Source: Ignavibacteriota bacterium | GTDB lineage: Bacteria; Bacteroidota; Ignavibacteria; UBA10030; CAVZMI01 | Direction: 5' to 3' | NCBI GenBank assembly: GCA_963776275.1 | Contig: CAVZMI010000018.1 | Coordinates: 64,001-128,000, forward strand | Length of the DNA: 64,000 nucleotides | In this document: positions 34,962 to 43,917 of the stretch, one piece after another | How the letters are laid out: each line of letters begins with the position of its first letter | How positions within the stretch are numbered: the first letter of the stretch is position 1 | The notes under the pieces: generated by a model | Told to the model about the DNA's origin: nothing | Seen by the model: the letters and a program-made list of their open reading frames with translations, nothing else | The model's database searches: none | Made by a program: the position numbers and the translations under genes

Positions 34962-35140
34962 AAATCCGAAATTCTAAATACGAAATTCTAAACAAATCCA
35001 AAATCTAAATACCAAATATCAAAACAGGATGGGTGGTTTCTGGATTTGAATTTTTGATTTTGTATTTTTATATTGTTTAGGATTTCTCAGCCGGAGGCTG
35101 ATGCGCCTCTGGCGCAGATATTCGGATTTAGGATTTATGT
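34962..35140. repeat. Inverted heptamer-repeat element (AAATNNN x n ... NNNATTT x n) with an inserted double hairpin
   Basis: AAATCCG AAATTCT AAATACG AAATTCT... left arm and complementary TAGGATT/TCGGATT right arm; TCAGCC-GGA-GGCTGA TGCGCC-TCT-GGCGCA at 35087-35116. Confidence 0.7.
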
Positions 35141-35154
35141 TTTTGGCTTTTAAT

Positions 35155-35225
35155 GCCGGGATGGTGGAATTGGCAGACACGAAGGACTTAAAATCCTTTC
35201 AGCCCATAAAGGCTGGTGCGGGTTC
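35155..35225 (+). pseudogene. 5' 71 nt of a tRNA-Leu(TAA) broken at the T-loop
   Basis: Identical to the intact tRNA-Leu except the variable arm (CAGCC/GGCTG); stops after GCGGGTTC. Confidence 0.85.
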
Positions 35226-35330
35226 TCTGCTGCCATGGGGATTGCATTCTCGCAGACCCGCCGTCCCGACAGACGTTCTTTGATGGTTTTCGATGCAGTT
35301 ATTGGCTGTACAAGCAATTTATGCGTGGTC

Positions 35331-35419
35331 GCCGGGATGGTGGAATTGGCAGACACGAAGGACTTAAAATCCTTTGAACCGCATAACGGTTCGTGCGGGT
35401 TCAAGTCCCGCTCTCGGCA
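35331..35419 (+). tRNA. tRNA-Leu (TAA)
   Basis: Acceptor GCCGGGA/TCTCGGC, AAGGA-CTTAAAA-TCCTT, long variable arm GAACCG/CGGTTC, GCGGG-TTCAAGT-CCCGC. Confidence 0.96.
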
Positions 35420-35471
35420 CAGATACCCAAAAATTCTTTTTAAAAACCGTCTGTCGGGACAAGCAGGCGGG

Positions 35472-35489
35472 AAGTCCCGCTCTCGGCAC
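35472..35489 (+). repeat. Direct repeat of the tRNA-Leu 3' end
   Basis: AAGTCCCGCTCTCGGCAC identical to 35403-35420. Confidence 0.9.
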
Positions 35490-35537
35490 GAAATGGCAAG
35501 GAAAAAGCAAGAAGGAAAAAGTAAAAAGTATGATTAG

Positions 35538-35570
35538 AAGCTGCTGGATTTCCAGTGGCTTTTTTATTTT
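35538..35570 (+). terminator. Rho-independent terminator after the tRNA-Leu locus
   Basis: AAGCTGCTGG-ATTT-CCAGTGGCTT followed by TTTTATTTT. Confidence 0.7.
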
Positions 35571-35583
35571 ATAGAATGGTTCT

Positions 35584-35850
35584 AGGCCGGAGGCCTGCCC
35601 CTGCCTGCGTGCCGGAGGCACTCCGGTAGGCAGGCGCCGAAGTGCCCGCTTCGCCGAGCGAAGCGAGGCGAGAAACGAAGGCGTGGCCTGTCCGCTGCCG
35701 GAGTCCCGATTTCTCGTCCTGAGCCTTCGGCCCGAGCTCAGGCCGAGGGCTTGCTTGCCCTGAGCTTGTCGAAGGGCTTGCCGCGAGCCCCTCGGCATGC
35801 TCGGGGCAGGTTTGTCGAGCGGTCGAAGGATGTAGGGATGTAGGCGTGAT
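35584..35850. repeat. Cluster of nested GC-rich REP-like palindromes
   Basis: CCTGCCTGC...GTAGGCAGG, CGCTTCGC-CGA-GCGAAGCG, GCCCTGAGCTTGTCGAAGGGC, CCCTCGGCATGCTCGGGG. Confidence 0.75.
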
Positions 35851-35917
35851 TCCCTCGTAACATTAGTGAGCATCAATATCTTACAACAAAGACCTCTTTT
35901 TTAGCTTTATTTCGCCT

Positions 35918-35945
35918 TGACTTTCCCCACCTTTTCACGTATATT
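35918..35945 (+). promoter_or_regulatory. Sigma70-type promoter upstream of tRNA-Val/thrS
   Basis: TTGACT - about 17 bp - TATATT. Confidence 0.65.
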
Positions 35946-36040
35946 TTTAGGGCTATAGTTTCAAGAGCACCAGCGTCTGTTGGTAGTTACTCGAGACGAG
36001 CAGGTGCTTTTTTTTGTCCCTACGGGTCGTAGACTCTAAT

Positions 36041-36114
36041 GGGCTCTTGGCGCAGTTGGTTAGCGCGCTTCCTTGACATGGAAGAGGTCATAGGTTCGAA
36101 TCCTATAGGGCCCA
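36041..36114 (+). tRNA. tRNA-Val (GAC)
   Basis: Acceptor GGGCTCT/AGGGCCC, CTTCC-TTGACAT-GGAAG, ATAGG-TTCGAAT-CCTAT. Confidence 0.96.
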
Positions 36115-36169
36115 CGCAGTTGGGATCAACCGTATCGGAGAAGTCTCCGGTTTTTTTTTATCTGCCCAA

Positions 36170-38117
36170 ATGACAATGAGTACAATTTCAATTACATTCC
36201 CTGATGGGGATACCCGGCGATACGAACAGGGGATTACCGGGTTATATATAGCAGCGGAAATCAGCAAGGGACTTGCCCAGCAAGCTCTCGCGATTCTGGT
36301 TAATGGAGAGACGTGGGACCTCACTCGTCCGATCACGACCGATGCGGAAGTCAGAATAGTAAAGTGGGGCGACGAAGAGGGGAAACGCACCTACTGGCAC
36401 AGCTCTGCACATTTAATGGCAGAGGCAGTCGAGATTCTATTCCCCGGAACAAAATTCGGTATCGGAACCGGCAATTGAAAACGGCTTCTATTATGACATC
36501 GACATGAACGAGCATTCTCTGACGCAGGAGGATCTCGCCAAAATAGAAGCAACGATGTTCGAGCTCGCAAAGAAAGATTCTTCATACGTCAGAGAAGAGA
36601 GATCGTGGGAGGATGCAGTCAGGGTATTTACCGAGAAGGGTGATCCATATAAACTCGAACTTCTCGAAGGTCTGAAAGGACAAACGATTACGCTGTATCA
36701 CAGCGGATCCTTCACCGATTTATGTTATGGTCCGCATCTACCGTCGACAGGGAAGATCAAAGCGATCAAGTTATTGAGTGTTGCCGGTGCTTACTGGCGC
36801 GGGAGCGAAAAGAACAAGATGCTGCAGCGTATCTATGGAATTACGTTTCCGGCACAGAAAGAACTCGATCAATATCTTGAAAGACTGGAGGAAGCAAAAC
36901 GCCGGGATCACCGGAAGCTGGGTGCAGAGCTCGATCTTTTCCATATAACGCCAAAAGTCGGCGGAGGTTTGCCCCTCTGGATGCCGAAAGGGACAATCAT
37001 CCGTGAGACTCTGGAAAACTTTTTACGGGAAGAACAGCGGAAACGCGGATATCTGGCAGTCGTAACGCCGCATATCGGCAATATCAATCTTTATAAGACA
37101 AGCGGGCATTATCCATATTACAAAGACAGTCAGTTCACGCCCATCAAAGTCGAAGATGAAGAGTATCTCCTCAGGCCGATGAATTGTCCGCATCACTTCC
37201 AGATTTATGCTGCACGGCCTCGGAGTTATCGCGATCTACCGATTCGGCTGTGTGAATTCGGAACGGTCTACAGATATGAACAATCCGGCGAGCTGAACGG
37301 GTTGACCCGTGTTCGCTGTTTTACGGTCGATGATTCACATATGTTTGTTCGTCAGGATCAATTGAAGAAAGAAGTCTGCGACGTCATCGAGCTCATCCAA
37401 CTGGTATTTCGAACCCTGGGATTCAGCGATTTTAAGACACGGTTGTCGTTCTGTGATCCGAAGAATAAAGAGAAATACGGCGGAGAGGATTCGCTCTGGG
37501 AGCAGGCGCAAAAGGATATCAAAGAAGCCGCCGACGAGATGAAATTGGATTATAAGATTGCAATAGGCGAAGCTGCGTTCTACGGTCCGAAGATTGATTT
37601 CATGGTTCAGGATGTCCTCGGTCGTACGTGGCAGCTTGGAACTGTACAGGTTGATTATGTAATGCCGGAACGATTTGAGCTTGAGTATGTCGGAAGCGAC
37701 GGACAAAAACACCGTCCTGTTGTGATACATCGCGCACCATTCGGATCGCTCGAGAGGTTTATCGGCGTGCTCATCGAACATTTTGCGGGATATTTCCCAT
37801 TATGGCTCTCGCCCGTACAGGCTGTTGTCCTGCCGATAAGTGATGCATTTATGGGATATGCCGACGAAGTATTCGGGAAGCTCAAATCTGCCGGAATCCG
37901 TGCAGAGGTCGATTACCGCAACGAAAAGATCGGTTATAAAATCCGTGATTGGGAGACGAAGAAGGTTCCCTATATGCTGATTGTAGGGGAAAAAGAAAAA
38001 GAACGAGGCAGTGTATCGGTTCGTATCCATAAAAAAGGTGACATTGGGGCGATGGATACCGGTGAGATCATAGCAAAAATAAAAGATGAAATAGATCGGA
38101 AAATACTCACAACGTAG
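36170..38117 (+). CDS. thrS: Threonine--tRNA ligase, split by an extra A at about 36467
   Basis: TGS domain, WHSSAHLMAEAV; removing one A restores FGIGPAIENGFYYD; RDHRKLG, PMNCPHH, IHRAPFGSLERF. Confidence 0.95.
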
Positions 38118-38128
38118 GAGGCAGAACT

Positions 38129-38710
38129 ATTACTAAAGAAGACAAGCGTATACGCATCAACGAAGAAATTCGTGCGGTGAAAGTCCGCGTAATAGATGAC
38201 GAAGAAGGTCAGCTTGGGATCATGTCGCCGCGCGAAGCGTTACAGCTTGCCCGAGAGCGAGGGAGAGACTTGATCGAGATAGTTCCGAATGCCAATCCGC
38301 CTGTATGTAAAATCATGGATTTTGGCAAATTCAAGTACGAATTGAGTAAGAAGGAGAAGCTTCAGCGGAAGCACCAGCATATTGCATTGGTTAAAGAACT
38401 TCGCTTTCATCCAAATACTGATATTCATGACTTTAATTTCAAAACAAGACACGCCCGCCAGTTCCTGGAGGATGGGAATAAGGTAAAGGCGGTTGTGGTA
38501 TTCAAAGGTCGTGAGATTACATATAAAGAGCAGGGCGAGGATGTACTTCAGCGATTGACCGTTAATCTTGCTGATGTGGCGAAAGTCGATCAGGAGCTGC
38601 GGCTCGAAGGACGTCACATGATTATGATCTTTGCACCGGATAAGTCGAAGAAAAAGCAGGACTCTGGTAAACAAGCGGATGCAAAAAAAGGGAATGAGAA
38701 CAAGGAGTAA
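38129..38710 (+). CDS. infC: Translation initiation factor IF-3 (ATT start)
   Basis: SD GGAGG then in-frame ATT at 38129; [23 protein letters not shown]. Confidence 0.93.
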   Translation: MTKEDKRIRINEEIRAVKVRVIDDEEGQLGIMSPREALQLARERGRDLIEIVPNANPPVCKIMDFGKFKYELSKKEKLQRKHQHIALVKELRFHPNTDIHDFNFKTRHARQFLEDGNKVKAVVVFKGREITYKEQGEDVLQRLTVNLADVAKVDQELRLEGRHMIMIFAPDKSKKKQDSGKQADAKKGNENKE

Positions 38711-38712
38711 AT

Positions 38713-38907
38713 ATGCCGAAAATGAAAAGCAATAGCGGAGCGGCAAAGCGTTTTAAAAAAACAGCATCAGGGAAATTGAAACGGCATAAAGCGTTCCGCA
38801 GCCATATATTGACATCGAAATCCAGGAAACGGAAGCGTGCACTGAGAAAACCCACGTACGCATCGAAACAGGAGACAAAAGCTATAAGGACGTTGATTCA
38901 GGTTTAA
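38713..38907 (+). CDS. rpmI: 50S ribosomal protein L35
   Basis: [21 protein letters not shown]; synteny. Confidence 0.96.
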   Translation: MPKMKSNSGAAKRFKKTASGKLKRHKAFRSHILTSKSRKRKRALRKPTYASKQETKAIRTLIQV

Positions 38908-38996
38908 AAAAGCATAATTCACCGCACCGAAAAGTATTACTTCAAGGCACAACGAAGTGGTACTATCTAATCATCTAACAGGAGACAAGAGCAACT

Positions 38997-39344
38997 ATGC
39001 CACGTTCGCAAAACAAAGTTGCCTCCCACCGCCGTCGCAAGCGCATTATTGCGCAGGCGAAAGGCTACTGGGGACGCAGGAGTAAGGTACTGACGGTCGT
39101 TAAGCATTCCGTCGACAAGGGAATGCAGTATGCGTATCGCGACCGTCGTGCAAAGAAACGCAGCTATCGACAGTTGTGGATTGCACGAATTAATGCGGCA
39201 GCCCGGATGCAGGGGACGACCTACTCGAAGCTTATCGCCGCTTTGAATTCAAAAAATATTGATATTAACAGGAAAATTCTTGCCGATCTTGCAGTGAACG
39301 ACGCACGGACGTTTGCTGAAGTCGTGAAGTTTGCCCTGGCCTAA
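38997..39344 (+). CDS. rplT: 50S ribosomal protein L20
   Basis: [25 protein letters not shown]. Confidence 0.97.
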   Translation: MPRSQNKVASHRRRKRIIAQAKGYWGRRSKVLTVVKHSVDKGMQYAYRDRRAKKRSYRQLWIARINAAARMQGTTYSKLIAALNSKNIDINRKILADLAVNDARTFAEVVKFALA

Positions 39345-39351
39345 TCTTCTA

Positions 39352-39395
39352 TCCCGTCCTGTCCGATTCAGGACAGGCCGGGAGGTTTTTCTTTT
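39352..39395 (+). terminator. Terminator-like hairpin after rplT
   Basis: TCCCG-T-CCTGTCC-GATTCA-GGACAGG-C-CGGGA followed by GGTTTTTCTTTT. Confidence 0.55.
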
Positions 39396-39456
39396 CGAGT
39401 GAGGAATCAATCGAAAAGAAGAGCAAGAAGATTTTTTTATTAATCGAATCTTCCTC

Positions 39457-40467
39457 ATGAAAGAAAAAATAGAAAAAATTCGTACGCAGGCACTTGCAGA
39501 AATCGGAGCGGCTCGTTCGGCAGACGATCTTGATCGATTCCGTCTTACATATTTGGTACGGAAAGGGAAGATTGCAGAGCTGTTCGATCAGTTACGCACA
39601 GTGCCACCTGCAGAAAAACCGGCTGTGGGTAAAATGCTCAATGAATTGCGAAACGCAATCCAGGCTGCATTTGATGCGAAGCAGCAGGCCGTTGAATCGA
39701 ATGCGGGGACGAAGAAGGGATTCATCGACCTGACGATCCCGGGCCGTTTGCGGCCGGTCGGGACGAAACATCCGATAACCCAGACGCTCGATGAAATGAA
39801 GCGCATCTTCCTGAATCTTGGGTTTAGCATAGTCGATGGACCGGAAGTGGAAGATGATTATCATAATTTTGGGGCGCTCAATTTTGCGCCGGATCATCCG
39901 GCGCGCGATATGCAGGACACATTTTTCATCAGTGAGCAGGTTCTTCTGCGGACACATACCTCACCTGTCCAAATACGGGTGATGGAAAATCAGAAACCGC
40001 CGGTTCGCGTTGTTATGCCGGGACGATGTTATCGGAACGAGGCAATCAACACGCGAAGCTATTGCATGTTCCATCAAATCGAAGGTCTCTATGTCGACAG
40101 ACATGTAACATTTGGTGAACTCAAGGGAACACTTTTTGCATTTGCACGGCAGTTCTATGGACACGACATCAAGTATCGGTTCCGGCCAAGCTTTTTCCCT
40201 TTCACAGAGCCGAGTGCGGAAATGGATATCACCTGCTTCCTCTGTCACGGCAAGGGATGCCGTGTTTGTAAATATTCCGGATGGCTTGAGATACTCGGCT
40301 GCGGTATGGTCGATCCGAATGTATTCAAGGCTGTCGGATACGATCCGGATGAATTGACAGGCTATGCATTCGGTATGGGAATCGAGCGTGTTGCACTGCT
40401 GCGACATGGTATCAATGACATCCGTCTACTTTTTGAAAACGATATTCGTTTCTTGAATCAGTTCTGA
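39457..40467 (+). CDS. pheS: Phenylalanine--tRNA ligase alpha subunit
   Basis: HPARDMQDTF, LRTHTSPVQ, FPFTEPS, FGMGIER. Confidence 0.97.
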   Translation: MKEKIEKIRTQALAEIGAARSADDLDRFRLTYLVRKGKIAELFDQLRTVPPAEKPAVGKMLNELRNAIQAAFDAKQQAVESNAGTKKGFIDLTIPGRLRPVGTKHPITQTLDEMKRIFLNLGFSIVDGPEVEDDYHNFGALNFAPDHPARDMQDTFFISEQVLLRTHTSPVQIRVMENQKPPVRVVMPGRCYRNEAINTRSYCMFHQIEGLYVDRHVTFGELKGTLFAFARQFYGHDIKYRFRPSFFPFTEPSAEMDITCFLCHGKGCRVCKYSGWLEILGCGMVDPNVFKAVGYDPDELTGYAFGMGIERVALLRHGINDIRLLFENDIRFLNQF

Positions 40468-40472
40468 CGTAT

Positions 40473-42902
40473 ATGAAAATTTCATTATCCTGGTTACATG
40501 ATTATGTCTCCTGGGGAGTTTCACCGGAAGAAGTGGCACATCGCTTGACGATGGTCGGGCTTGAAGTCGAATCAATCGAAAATCTTGGAAAGCAATTTGA
40601 CGGTTTTGTTGTGGGCGAAGTAATCGACCGTCAAAAGCATCCGGATGCCGACAAACTAACGGTGTGTTCGGTCAATGTCGGAAAGGGAGAGACACTGCAG
40701 ATCGTATGTGGTGCGCCGAATGTCGCAGCCAAACAGAAAGTTGCAGTCGGACTTGTCGGCACAACCGTTCCTCATAACCAACACGACCCGGATGGAAAAC
40801 CATTTGTACTCTCTCAGGTCAAGATTCGCGGCGTGGATTCCTACGGAATGATTTGCTCTGAGTTCGAGCTCGGCGTCGGTGAGGATGCAAATGGGATTCT
40901 AGTTCTTTCGAACAACGCCATTCCCGGGATACCGCTGGCCGACTATTTCGGGCTAAACGATATCGTGTTTGAAGTCGGCATTACACCGAACAGGCCGGAT
41001 TGCCTAAGTCATCTCGGCGTTGCACGGGAAGTTGCCGCCCTTTTCGGTACGAAGATCAAACGACCCGTTCCTGCAATAAAAGAATCCGAAACACCGACCG
41101 CAAAGGTGGCGATAATAAAAATCGAAGATTCCATTGCATGTCCCAGATACACCGGCCGCGTTATCCGGAATGTGACAATAAAGGAATCGCCGGCATGGCT
41201 ACAGCGCCGATTGAAAGCTGTAGGTCTTCGGCCGATTAATAACGTGGTTGATGTAACGAACTATGTCTTGATGGAAATGGGGCATCCGCTCCACGCATTT
41301 GATTATGATTTGCTCGATGAACATACAATCATTGTACGCTGTGCGCACGAAGGAGAAAAATTTTTAACGCTTGATGGAAAGGAGCGAACGCTTAGAGCCG
41401 ATACTTTAATGATCTGTGACGGTAAAAAAATGGTTGCGGTGGCCGGCGTCATGGGAGGGATGAATTCTGAAATCAGCTGGAGTACGAGGAATGTTCTGCT
41501 CGAGAGCGCATATTTTTCTCCGACGAGCATCAGGCGGACATCAAAATACCTCGGCTTGAGTACCGATGCATCGCAGCGGTTCGAACGGGGAGCAGATCCG
41601 GCAATTACCCAATATTCTATTGATAGGGCTGCAGCACTCATACAGGAAACCGGTGGCGGTGAAATATGTAAAGGAGTTATCGACGCTTACCCAAAAGAGA
41701 TACAACGTCTGGTCGTCCCGATTCGGGTCGGAAGGGCCAATGCATTACTGGGAACGTCGCTGACAGATTCGGTAATTTCTGACCTCCTGGCGAAAATTGA
41801 TTTCAAGATCATTGAAGAAAAAGGTGACACGCACTGGGTCGAAGTCCCGTCATTCCGCCCGGACGTGGAACGCGAGGTAGATCTTATCGAAGAAATTGCG
41901 CGGATTCACGGATATGATAATATCCCGGATCAGACTATTGCGTCGATCGATTTTACATCACCTCAGACGCCGGTAGATCTGGCTGATGCCCTACGCGATT
42001 GGCTGGTCGGTTGTGGCTTCAACGAGATTATTACAAACAGCATGCAGGATCCTAAGGTTGCCCGTCTGGGGCACGAAGCTATTATAGAGGTACAAAACCC
42101 GTTAGGTATCGAAATGTCGGCACTCCGGACGAGTCTCATTCCTGGAATACTTCAAACAATCGGGCATAACCAGTTTCATGGGAATGAAAACCTGAAAATC
42201 TTCGAAATCGGCCATGTTTTTCATCGTTCTGACGAGCACAACCCGAAAATACTGGTTGATAATATAATAGAAGAAGAACGTATTGCCCTGGCGATGATCG
42301 GGAATGTTCACTTCGAAGCATGGGACGAACCACTTCGAGTTGCTGATATCTATGATATCAAAGGCGAGGTCGAATCGCTCTTCAAGAAGATTTCGCTTGA
42401 CAAACACAGGTTTATTTATTATTCTACCCAAAAGACTTTAAGTGAATCTTGCATTACTATTGAAATAAGTGACACTTATGCAGGGTTCATTGGAATGATT
42501 CGAGATGAAGTAGCTAAGGTGTTTGATGTCGAAGGATCGGTCTTTGTTGCTGAACTAGATCTTGATCTTCTCCGGCAGCATCGAAGCCTTCGTCGTGAGT
42601 ATCATCCGCTGCCAAAGTTTCCGGTAGTGCGTCGTGATCTCGCCTTTGTTGTCGATGGGAAGATGCATGTTGAAGATATGATCCAGCAGATGAAGATATC
42701 AGCGGGATCGATACTTCGGCAGGTAAAATTATTTGATGTTTTTATTGATGATCGATTTGGAGTGGGGAAAAAAAGCATTGCGTTCAGGTTGGAATTTCTC
42801 TCACTGGAACGCACGTTGATTGATAAAGAGATTGATATGTCGGTAGATAAGATAGTAACGGATTTCGCACGGATGTTCAATGCAGAGCTTCGCAGTGCAT
42901 AG
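40473..42902 (+). CDS. pheT: Phenylalanine--tRNA ligase beta subunit
   Basis: MKISLSWL, IVCGAPNV, ITPNRPDCLS, RFERG, DLIEEIARIHGYD. Confidence 0.97.
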   Translation: MKISLSWLHDYVSWGVSPEEVAHRLTMVGLEVESIENLGKQFDGFVVGEVIDRQKHPDADKLTVCSVNVGKGETLQIVCGAPNVAAKQKVAVGLVGTTVPHNQHDPDGKPFVLSQVKIRGVDSYGMICSEFELGVGEDANGILVLSNNAIPGIPLADYFGLNDIVFEVGITPNRPDCLSHLGVAREVAALFGTKIKRPVPAIKESETPTAKVAIIKIEDSIACPRYTGRVIRNVTIKESPAWLQRRLKAVGLRPINNVVDVTNYVLMEMGHPLHAFDYDLLDEHTIIVRCAHEGEKFLTLDGKERTLRADTLMICDGKKMVAVAGVMGGMNSEISWSTRNVLLESAYFSPTSIRRTSKYLGLSTDASQRFERGADPAITQYSIDRAAALIQETGGGEICKGVIDAYPKEIQRLVVPIRVGRANALLGTSLTDSVISDLLAKIDFKIIEEKGDTHWVEVPSFRPDVEREVDLIEEIARIHGYDNIPDQTIASIDFTSPQTPVDLADALRDWLVGCGFNEIITNSMQDPKVARLGHEAIIEVQNPLGIEMSALRTSLIPGILQTIGHNQFHGNENLKIFEIGHVFHRSDEHNPKILVDNIIEEERIALAMIGNVHFEAWDEPLRVADIYDIKGEVESLFKKISLDKHRFIYYSTQKTLSESCITIEISDTYAGFIGMIRDEVAKVFDVEGSVFVAELDLDLLRQHRSLRREYHPLPKFPVVRRDLAFVVDGKMHVEDMIQQMKISAGSILRQVKLFDVFIDDRFGVGKKSIAFRLEFLSLERTLIDKEIDMSVDKIVTDFARMFNAELRSA

Positions 42903-42919
42903 AACAAGATGATGGAGTA

Positions 42920-43255
42920 TTGATGATCCAACACACGGAATCAGAACTATCGCAGATACATGTTGTTAAGACGGTCGAAGCGATGCTGCGTGGGCTTTTA
43001 GGAAAAGCGCAACATGCAGCAGAGATAATTGCTAGCCTGCGATCCGAGAATCAGATACTCAATCGTCATGTAGAGGAATTGGAACAACATATCACGCAGT
43101 TACAACGGGAACTTTCTGCGCGTGAAATGGAGTTACAACAGAAAGAGGCGAAAGGAAAGCAAATAATCGCGGAAGGTTTTCTGACGCCTGAAGAGAAAGC
43201 GATCATGCGCGAAAAAATAAAAGATTTCCTCGCGCGGATATCGCGATATGTATAA
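42920..43255 (+). CDS. Coiled-coil protein (ZapB-like)
   Basis: Heptad-rich 111 aa in the pheT-X-zapA arrangement. Confidence 0.7.
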   Translation: MMIQHTESELSQIHVVKTVEAMLRGLLGKAQHAAEIIASLRSENQILNRHVEELEQHITQLQRELSAREMELQQKEAKGKQIIAEGFLTPEEKAIMREKIKDFLARISRYV

Positions 43256-43281
43256 GGCATGTTTGACTACGGCTTACAACT

Positions 43282-43587
43282 ATGACAACCGACGGAAAAA
43301 GCGTTAGAGTAAAAATTTTCGGTTCAGAATATCCACTCCGGGGTGATAACGAAGAACTCACAAAACGGGTCGCATCATATGTGGATGAGATGATCCAGAC
43401 AATCCATGAGAAAATTCCAGAGCAACCGCCACTGACTATTGCTGTGCTCTCTGCATTAAATATCACTGAAGACCTTTTTAAGGAGAGGGATGGTGCACAG
43501 TCATTTCTCTCAACAGTTGAAAGTGAAGTTGCCAGAATCTCTGAAATTTTGGATCAATCAATAGAACCTGATCCCTCCACGCACTAA
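43282..43587 (+). CDS. zapA: Cell division protein ZapA
   Basis: VRVKIFGSEYPL, VASYVDE, AVLSALNI. Confidence 0.9.
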   Translation: MTTDGKSVRVKIFGSEYPLRGDNEELTKRVASYVDEMIQTIHEKIPEQPPLTIAVLSALNITEDLFKERDGAQSFLSTVESEVARISEILDQSIEPDPSTH

Positions 43588-43683
43588 CGCTGTGAGGGTG
43601 ACGATACATTGATACCACGTTCTTTGTAAAGCAACGACGGTTAGGACATTAAACAACCGCACCGTCAGCCGTAGTCAAACAAA

Positions 43684-43860
43684 AAAGAACCATTAGTGAG
43701 ACTCAAGGGAGCTCGACTCGTGAGCGTGAATTACAGGCCTCACCTTTCACGAGAAGGGATTCTTGCCATGACTTCCGTCGTATAATGCACGGGACGAGCG
43801 AGTCGGTGGACGTAAAACACGTTCAGGCGGGCACCCACTGTGTATGAAAGAAGGTTCTTT
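43684..43860 (+). ncRNA. ssrS: 6S RNA
   Basis: About 177 nt between zapA and rny; closing stem AAAGAACC/GGTTCTTT, inner CGACTCG/CGAGTCG, GGCACCCAC motif; known zapA-ssrS synteny. Confidence 0.75.
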
Positions 43861-43917
43861 CATTGCACGCATACGGCTGCGATGCGGTTTTTTATTTATG
43901 GTGAATTCGGAGGTAGT

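Noticed and set aside
30103-35154. Active integrative element or prophage
   Set aside because: No integrase, transposase or phage genes, and no clear att pair around the cassette.
35101-35876. ORFs over the tRNA-Leu/REP region
   Set aside because: Translations of tRNA and GC-rich palindromes, with no SD or protein-like composition.
36460-36480. Programmed ribosomal frameshift in thrS (also mutL, GMPP, kinase)
   Set aside because: No slippery heptamers are present, and several independent single-base indels fit sequencing error better.
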